NCBI RefSeq assembly: GCF_006345805.1
Contig: NC_043006.1
Coordinates: 86,924,001 to 86,988,000, forward strand
Reading direction: 5' to 3'
DNA length: 64,000 nucleotides
Source of the DNA: Octopus sinensis
Lineage: Eukaryota
Shown: positions 55,484-64,000 of the stretch, in pieces
Layout of the letters: every line of letters starts with the position of its first letter
Position numbering within the stretch: position 1 is the stretch's first letter
Notes under the pieces: generated by a model
What the model was told of the DNA's origin: nothing
The model's database searches: none
Seen by the model: only the letters and a program-made list of their open reading frames with translations
Made by a program: the position numbers and the translations under genes

Positions 55484-56784
55484 GCACTAATATGGAGAGA
55501 GGAAGACAAACAAGTAAACAGACAGCCCACATACAGACAGATAGATACATGTTAAACAACTTTAATAAACTTTATGATTAGATTTTGTAAGCATTGCTAG
55601 CTTTATAAAATGAGTAATTATTTCCCAATTACTTGATACAGAATGCTATTAATAATGTATTGTTTTGATAGGATATTCAAGACAATCCATTAAAACATGG
55701 CTTTTAGATAGTAAACAAGTGGAAAATTGAATCCATCATTATAGAAAGAATAATGCAATTTTTGATATATGATATATAGTGTTTTAAAAGAGTATGTATT
55801 CTAGCAATTTGAATTATTGCTTGTTTTATTAAATTGTTTTAGTTCTATAGTTATTTGAAGCACCAAAGTTAAAGCCCTGCTGTAGCAATGCCTTGCAGGT
55901 GTGACCTCTATTCAAAATGTTATGATAACAACTAGGATAATGATATTGCTATTACCAGATAATTTCATTCTCATCTCTGATGGAAACTAAAAATGATTGT
56001 TTAGATCTATACGAAATGAATTTCCTTTTCCTCAGTGTTCAGGATAAATCCTATTTGTCTCACAGTCATTTACATAGAAAATGAAAATTGCAATGTGCAA
56101 ACACATGTCAATTTAACTGTTCCATGGAACAATTATCTCCAACAATAGATTGGTGTCATCTGAAAAGTGTATTAATTGATTTACTAGAATTGTTTATATA
56201 TGTGAAATGATAAAAACAGATCCTTGTGGAAAACCACATGAAATATTTGTTAGATATTCAAGGCAATAACATTTATATATTTTCTTTATTTTGTTTTGGT
56301 GAAATTGGAATAATTTCACATCATAACTAATAAGAATATAAATTTAACATCATCATACTTTCTATATCAGATATTCTGTTCAGTTCAATAAAAACACCAC
56401 AGAAGAACTATGTCCTCAGCTGCAACATACAAACACATACACAAACACACAGACACATGCACACACACACACACACACATACACACACATATCTGTATAA
56501 TAAAAATGGATGTGGGTGTGTGTATTTGTGACTAACTGCCTATAGGAAGAAAAACTACAGCACTAAAAGCTAATTCTCATGTAAAATTTTACAATGAAGA
56601 CAATGGAAGAGGTCCCAAGTCTCTAGCAGCCCTCCGAAGGGAGCTACCTACCCTTTTCCAATATTTCTAAAATAAATGAAGGGTCTAAAGGAGAAAATTT
56701 TTATATGCCACTTCTAAATTAACAATAAATAAATTAAGGGCCTAAGGGATATAATTTTTATCAGTTTAACATACCACATTTTGT

Positions 56785-58320
56785 TTTTCTGGTTTCAGCT
56801 CAAAGCTGCGGCCATGCTTGAGCACCGTCGTTTTGCTACACTGTTATTATTAAGAGCCTCCTCTGATATGTGGCATTTGATGTATAAGGGAGTTTAATGC
56901 TGCTGCCCTCATTTGTGCCTCCTTCCACAAGATATGTTGATCTGAGACTCTCAACAGAAACAGATCCAGTTTTGTTTTGAAAACACCTACATCCACTTTG
57001 TTTTGGCCCTTCAGGCTCTTTGGGAGAATATTAAAAAGCTGAGGACCCTTGAAACCCAGACTGTTGCAGTAACTGGTCTTGAAGTGTGATGGCATTGTTG
57101 TGATCTTTGGCACTGTGCAGTGGTGACCCGTTCTGGTATTTGTATGGCTTTCAATGCCAAAATTTTGCACAATCTCTTCCAGCCTTTGTTCCAGGGAGTA
57201 AAGTCTTAGCTATTTCAGTCTTTCCCAGTAACTGAGCTGTTGCAATGAGACAATCTTCTTTTGTGAAGCTTTGCTGGATTGCTTCAAGGTCTGCTGGTAA
57301 TTTTACACTGTAGGTTGACCATAGTTAGGGACAGTAGTCCAGGGAAATGTCCTCCAGAGGCCCATCAAGATTTCCTTTTCTCTGGTTTGGAAGGTTCTCA
57401 GGATCCAGCCAGCCAGCCATATGCACTTTGTCACCAACTTGGTAATGTGCACTTGGAAAGAGGTATTATCACTCATGTCAATACCCATGTCATGCATTGG
57501 TTTAGGCTCTGGGATTTTAATCCCCCCTGGTCTAGTGTACCCTGTAAGTTTTTCATTCGGTTTTGGGTGCTGGTATCGCAGGGCTTGGAATTTTCCAGCA
57601 TTAAACTGCATATTATTGTCCTCAGCCCATCTGTAAATTGCATCCATCTCCTGCTGCAGGCAAGCAGCATCACTAGAGTTTTGTATTTTCCGTGAGACTT
57701 ATATCATCTCATAGCTAGCAAGGGTAGCTATCATCTGCATAGCTAGCAAGGGTAGCTATCCAGGCAGCTGAGGGCATATCTGAGAGGGACACTATAAAAA
57801 GCAGTGGAAAACCACTCCCTATTTGTATTTCCTTTGCGATGGCTCCATTGGCCACCACTGCCTGACTTCTATCTTTCAGAAAGTCATGTAACCACTCTCC
57901 AAGTTTTCCACTTATGCCAAAATCATGCAGTTTGCAACATTCATACCATGATCAAATTTATCAAAAGCTTTTGCATCTCTATTTGAGTTGTCGAGTAACT
58001 GCTTCAACACCCAATCATAGTGCTGTAGGAGCTGTGTCAGGCAGCACCTATCTGGTCGAAAACCATTCTGGGTATCACTCAGCAAGTTGTTTTCTTCAAG
58101 GAATTCAATTAGTTTCCCTCTGACTATTCGTTCCGTGACTTTGCTGATGTATGAAGTCAGAGACATAAGCCAATAATTTTTGGCATCTGTTCTGGTTCCT
58201 CCTTTATGGATTGAGTATATCATTCCCTCCTTCAGTTTGCTTGGCAGGTTTCCATTTGTGAGAAAACTCTGGAAGAGAATTTGTAGTGGTTTTGCCAGGG
58301 CACATTTGCATGATTTCGAG
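56785..58320 (-). mobile_element. 5'-truncated CR1-like LINE (RT and 3' tail), decayed
   Basis: LAKPLQILFQSFL..IHKGG..KNYWLMSLTSYISKVTERIV..QNGFR..AKAFDKFDH, PLLFIVSLSDMP, YADD, WAEDNNMQFNAGKFQ, SLGFKGPQLFNILP. Confidence 0.9.
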
Positions 58321-58892
58321 GATGATAGCTGGGAAACCAAATGAAACCAAACTGAAAATAAATAACCAGCCTAAGGGACATAATTTTTATAGGATTATTA
58401 CATTTCTTCATTTTATTTCAAAATATGGTGGGGCACTCTTCTGTAGGTATGACATATGTGTAATATAACAACACAGATAATAACGTTTGCACTATTGGGT
58501 GTATAACTGTATTAAATTCCATTACTTCATTTTGCTATAAGTATTATTTTACATTTGTTCTTTATCTATATCTGTAGAAGATAACCTTCGCTTTATTCCC
58601 TGCATTCCCTCAGGATATAAACTATAGCTTAGATTTCATTCCAACATTTTTCCTTTGTTTCACATATTCTACATCAGAATCAATGAGGTCAGCTGTTATT
58701 TTCCTCTCTCACTCCAGCATATTTGTACAACTTTTCATTTGAAAATACCCATTTCCCCAAACATAGGAAGAAATAAATTCAGTGGATCACTCTTCTGTAG
58801 GTATGCCATACATGTAATATAACTACACATATAATAACGTGTGTGTATGTGTGTGTGTATATAACTGTAATAAGCTGTATTACTGTATTGCT

Positions 58893-59935
58893 ATGAGAAA
58901 AAAGAGGAGCTGATGTTGAAAGTCATCCAAGTATAAAATTATTTGACACTCGGAAGAGTTTACTCCGTGAATCCAAGTTATTATGAATGTTTCTTTTTGA
59001 GGCTGCTTCTTCATGAAATAAGAGGACTGACTTCCTTCTCCTTTCCTTGACTGATTGTCAAACTGCTCATACTTAGAGAGGAACCTATTTAGTCTTAAAT
59101 ATGTCAGAAGATGACAATCAGTGGGATAGAACAATGGCTGAAGCTTCAGTGTCACACATACCTATTTCTTTGAGAGATCTTTTTTGAAATTCTTCTCCTG
59201 AATTGTGAAGTAACCCATTAACCTTGTGGCACAAATATAAGAATGATTTATCAGAAGACTACAAATATCAAGCATGATTGAGATTCTCTGAGAGGGAAAT
59301 GGCATTCAACGATTACATATATATAATTCTGCACTGGTTGATATTGAAGATTGTGTTGTCTCAATGAGAGAGGAGGAGCTCAGCAAGTTTGGCTTACCTG
59401 AAACTAATTGAAATGAGGTGAATAATTTGATCACAGAAATTTTGTGAGAAACTTCATAGGATAATGATTCATTAACAAGATTCCTTGAAGAAAATGTTCA
59501 GAAACTTTTGGCAGACCGACCAAGTGACACATAAGAGAGGAGGATTATATTTTTTAGACACATCAGGAGGAACTGGAAAAGCTTTTGTTACAAATTTAGT
59601 GCTAGCCAAAGTCTGGCAGAAAAAAGAAATAGCTTCCCAGGAGGTCGAAAAACTCATGCAGCATTCAAGCTGCCATTCAATTTAACTTCAAATGATGAAC
59701 CTATCTGCAATATTAATAAGAATTCTTCTTTAACTTCTTCAAGTTCTCATGAAATGTTCTTTGATCATATGAGATGAGGTACAATGTCCCATCAAAAAAA
59801 TCAGTGGAAGCTGTTAACAGAATGCTGCAAGATTTGTGCAGTTCCACTTGTTTGATGTGAGGTATGACAGTAGCACTTTCAGATGATTTCAGACAAACTT
59901 CCCCTTGCACAGAGCAGTTTGGCAAGAAAGTAGAG
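58893..59935 (+). mobile_element. Decayed Helitron RepHel/PIF1 helicase fragment
   Basis: LGRVYSVNPSYYECFFLRLLLHEIRG, EDDNQWDRTMAEAS, FLDTSGGTGKAF (Walker A), GGRKTHAAFKLPFN, LII*DE, DDFRQT. Confidence 0.85.
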
Positions 59936-60143
59936 AATGAGAAGAATTGAGGAGATGTCTCTTTAGTCATGTCTCTGCAAGGGCATGACAACCTCTCTGG
60001 TACTGGTGTCTTGATAAAATGCACCAAGTTGTATGAGAGCAGTGGCTCCCATTATGAGCTGACTCAGTTCATGACATATCCAATGCATATCACTATGGAG
60101 ACCATGCATAAAATGATGGTGAAGATGAAGTTTATGGACCTGC

Positions 60144-60176
<33 letters not shown>

Positions 60177-60279
60177 CAATAATACAGTGATTGTTTCTTA
60201 TCAGGAACAAAATGTTTAATAGGATTGCTATAGAAGTGCTCAATTATATATTAAACTATGGTTGCAGAACAAACAAATA

Positions 60280-61559
60280 CAAGGTCATCCACGTAACATT
60301 TCATATCTTGAACATTTAATCGTAGAATATACATGTATAACATCACGGAAGATGAAACATAACTCATCAGTACAAGCATATAAGAAAATGCAAGAAAAAT
60401 GTGTGAATACAGTTCATCATGGTTAAAAGTTAATACTTTAGTGATTAAGAAATATATATTTTTAAAAAAAAACATTACAACACCTAGAATAATAAATACG
60501 TAAAAATATAAAGTAATATATAAATATATAGATATATATAAATATATAGATATATAAAAATATATAAAAATACATATATATAGGAAGCATATAAATAAGT
60601 AATATATAATATATAAGGTAAGATAAAAGTTCATCGTTTAGAAAAATTTTTTTTTTTTCATTGAAAATTACTTTTCAGATAAGGGAAACCTATAGTTAAA
60701 AGCCAGTGTCCAAGCAAAAAAGAAACCATATTTACATTCCCTATGGCCATTTCAGGGGTACATTACTGTATTTAATGCATGAGGGTGCATCACAATAATA
60801 ACTCCTTTGTCAGGGGAAAAAATAGAGAGACAGACATCACGTACCAGGGCGAGACCTCCTTAACCAGACCTAACATAATATTGTGTGGTTTCTTATTTAA
60901 GAAGTCATGCTTAGACCAGCCCAAATGAAAGAATTAAAGCAGTAAAAAAAAACGTTAATAGAAAAAAACACTTAAAAATTTTTTAAAATTTTTTTATAAA
61001 TTTAAAAAAAACAAAAACAAATGGGTGTATTAAATTAAATTCAACCTCTATGGTTTCAATTCCCTGTAAGAGCTAAATTATTTATTTGCTACAACTTATT
61101 TTATTCCTATACACTTTTAAGAATGTAGATGAAAATTTATGGATGCAAAAAGGAATCACGTCAGTAAATTTATTCAGAGTGTGTGGTCCATGACCCCTAA
61201 GGATGGTAAGGGATTCCCTTATGCGCAGCTTACACTTGTTAATATTTCTTATCTGAAAAGTAATTTTTAATGAAAAAAAAAAAAAATTTTCTAAATGATG
61301 AACTTTTATCTTACCTTATATATTATATATTACTTATTTATATGCTTCCTATATATATGTATTTTTATATATTTTTATATATCTATATATTTATATATTA
61401 CTTTATATTTTTACGTATTTATTATTCTAGGTGTTGTAATGTTTTTAAAAAAAATATATATTTCTTAATCGCTAAAGTATTAACTTTTAACTGTGATGAA
61501 ATACATGTATATTCTATGATTAAATGTTCGAGATATGAAATGTTACGTGGATGACCTTG
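60280..61559. mobile_element. Non-autonomous element with ~400/310-bp terminal inverted repeats and TA target duplication
   Basis: TA-caaggtcatccacgtaac ... gttacgtggatgaccttg-TA; arms ~60280-60683 and ~61247-61559. Confidence 0.8.
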
Positions 61560-61564
61560 TATTA

Positions 61565-61596
<32 letters not shown>

Positions 61597-62300
61597 GCAT
61601 CCATGTCTGTGTAAATTTGTACATAGTGCAAACATGGTTGTATCTGTATGGCACTTACCGTATGGTCCCTGATTTTATCAGACTGTGTGAAAACTTAGAC
61701 AGTTGTATCATTATTGTAGCCACAGGCCAACCAATGCTACAGTATGATTGTAGTGACATTTGGTTTCTATTTCTAGCAATTGATTGACCATGTAGAGGTT
61801 CTTTCACTCATTCATCTTTAGTGTTTATTGAAACCAGGTGAGAGTGCATTATGTATGTAGATATGTGTGCTCTGCAGTAACACACAAATATGATGATCTT
61901 ATTAAACGGTTTAAAATATGTTAACAATACAAACTACATATCTTGTTTGGCATTGTTTTCACTTCGTGTTTTTGTCTTTCTTTGATGTTCATGATGATAA
62001 CAATTATACAACAGTGATAACAATAATGGTAGCTTCGACAACAACAGCAATATTAGTGAAGAATCAAATAGAAAGAAGGTGAGATGGTAAATAGGGGTTT
62101 GTGGGGTTAGAGTTGAGGGAGGTAAACATTTTAAATTGCAAAGTGTGAAATTGTGCTGCAGTGCTTTGGAGAGTTGCCAGAGAATCCATCAAATCACAGT
62201 GCAACTTCAGGTGTGTGTGGGGGTGAAGGTGAAATAGAATACTAATAAAGCTGAATGTTTAAGTTACAAGGGAACATTATATATATATATGTGTGTATAT

Positions 62301-62352
<52 letters not shown>

Positions 62353-62516
62353 TATATATATACTTATAAATATATATACATACTTATATATATATATACA
62401 TACATATTTATACATATATATACATATATATATATACATACATATATACATATACATATATATATATAATATATATATATACATATATATATATACATAT
62501 ATATATATAAATATAC

Positions 62517-62547
<31 letters not shown>

Positions 62548-62595
62548 CATATATATATACATACATATATATATACATGCATATATATATATACA

Positions 62596-63815
62596 TCAAA
62601 CCAAATCAAAATAGATGAATATCAATGGAATTTGTATCTTTGTGGTTCCAGTACCGGTGGCACACAAGAAAACCATCCGAAGTGGCCGTAGCTGGTACCG
62701 CATCGACTGGCCTCCGTGCTGTGGGCACAACAAACACCATCTGATCGTGGCCGTTCGCCAGCCTCACCTGGCACCTGTGTCGGTGGCACATAAAAACACC
62801 ATCCAAAGACCCGGCGACGTAGTCAGTCCACCTGTGCATACCTTCCCTCTTATGACACTTGTGAAGACCTGTTGAGGCAGAGGCAAGTGTGTGACACTTG
62901 TGAAGACCTGTTGAGGCAAGTGTGTGACACGCGTGACACTTGTGAAGACCTGTTGAGGCAAGTGAAAATCAAACCAAATCAAAATAGATGAACATCAATG
63001 GAATTTGTATCTTTGTGGTTCCAGTACCGGTGGCACACAAGAAAACCATCCGATCGTGGCCGTTCGCCAGCCACATCTGGCACCTGTGTCGGTGGCACAT
63101 AAAGACACCATCCGAAGACCCGGCGACGCAGACAGTCCACCTGTGCATACCTTCCTTCTTGTGACACTTGTGAAGACCTGTTGAGGCAAGTGACACTTGT
63201 GAAGACCTGTTGAGGCAAGTGAAAATCAAATCAAATCAAAACAAATCAAAATAGATGAACATAAATGGAATTTGTATCTTTGTGGTACCAGTGCCGGTGG
63301 CACACAAGAAAATCATCCGAACGTGGCCGTAGCCAGTACCGCATAGACTGGCCTCCGTGCTTTGGGGACGTAACAAACACCATCCGATCGTGGCCGTCCG
63401 CCAGCCTCATCTGGCACCTGTGTCGGTGGCACATAAAAACACCATCCGAGCGTGGCCGTCTGCCAGCCTCGTCTGGCACCTGCCAGCCTCATCTGGCACC
63501 TGTGTCGGTGGCACATAAAAACACCATCCGAGCGTGGCCGTCTGCCAGCCTCGTCTGGCACCTGTGTCGGTGGCACATAAAAACACCATCCGAGCGTGGC
63601 CGTTCGCCAGCCTCGTCTGGCACCTGTGTCGGTGGCACATAAAATCACCCACTACACTCTCGGAGTGGTTGGCGTTAGGAAGGGCATCCAGCTGTAGAAA
63701 CACTGCCAGATCTGACTGGCCTGGTGCAGCCTTCGGGCTCCCCAGACCCCAGTTGAACCGTCCAACCCATGCTAGCATTGAGAACGGACGCTAAATGATG
63801 ATGATGATGATGATG
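62596..63815 (+). mobile_element. Family D repeat with nested tandem amplification of its 5' modules
   Basis: Three copies of an aaatcaaaatagatgaa(c/t)at module (~62596, ~62967, ~63241), five gtgacacttgtgaagacctgttgaggca repeats, four 62-bp units, then the family D body and (GAT)n tail. Confidence 0.85.
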
Positions 63816-63944
63816 ATACACGCACATATATATATATATAAGCACATATATATATATACACACACATATATATATGTATATATATATATACACATATATA
63901 TATATATACATATGTATATACATATATACATATATATATATACA

Positions 63945-63991
<47 letters not shown>

Positions 63992-64000
63992 TATATATAT

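Noticed and set aside
62950-62970. CTGTTGA-ggcaagt-GAAA HHR look-alike
   Set aside because: A6 altered, no stem II pairing, no NUH with stem I
63384-63650. 62-bp regular repeats resembling a CRISPR array
   Set aside because: No unique spacers, no cas genes, eukaryotic context; part of an interspersed repeat

Overview
Eukaryotic, AT-rich, microsatellite-saturated, essentially non-coding DNA. The SINE families and the (TA)n/(TG)n/(ATC)n density resemble an Octopus (coleoid cephalopod) genome; this is inferred from repeat content only. I can see no intact protein-coding gene, and most ORFs in the supplied track are translations of simple repeats. The recognisable coding sequence is decayed transposons: an RLE-type non-LTR element, a Penelope-like element (PLE; RT + GIY-YIG), Tc1, pogo/Tigger, several mariners, RTE and CR1-like LINEs, and a Helitron. 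Several short segments with plausible splice sites may be exons of an unidentified host gene, but they are low confidence. The most notable signal is three (possibly four) unrelated short repeat families carrying minimal type-I hammerhead ribozyme (HHR) motifs. They occur as tandem dimers and inverted pairs, almost all abutting (TA)n tracts, in the same window as a PLE fossil. Two HHR copies have a fully intact core (21535-21569 minus, 50226-50270 plus). One inverted junction falls within 1 nt of the predicted self-cleavage site. All coordinates were read by eye; repeat boundaries are approximate.
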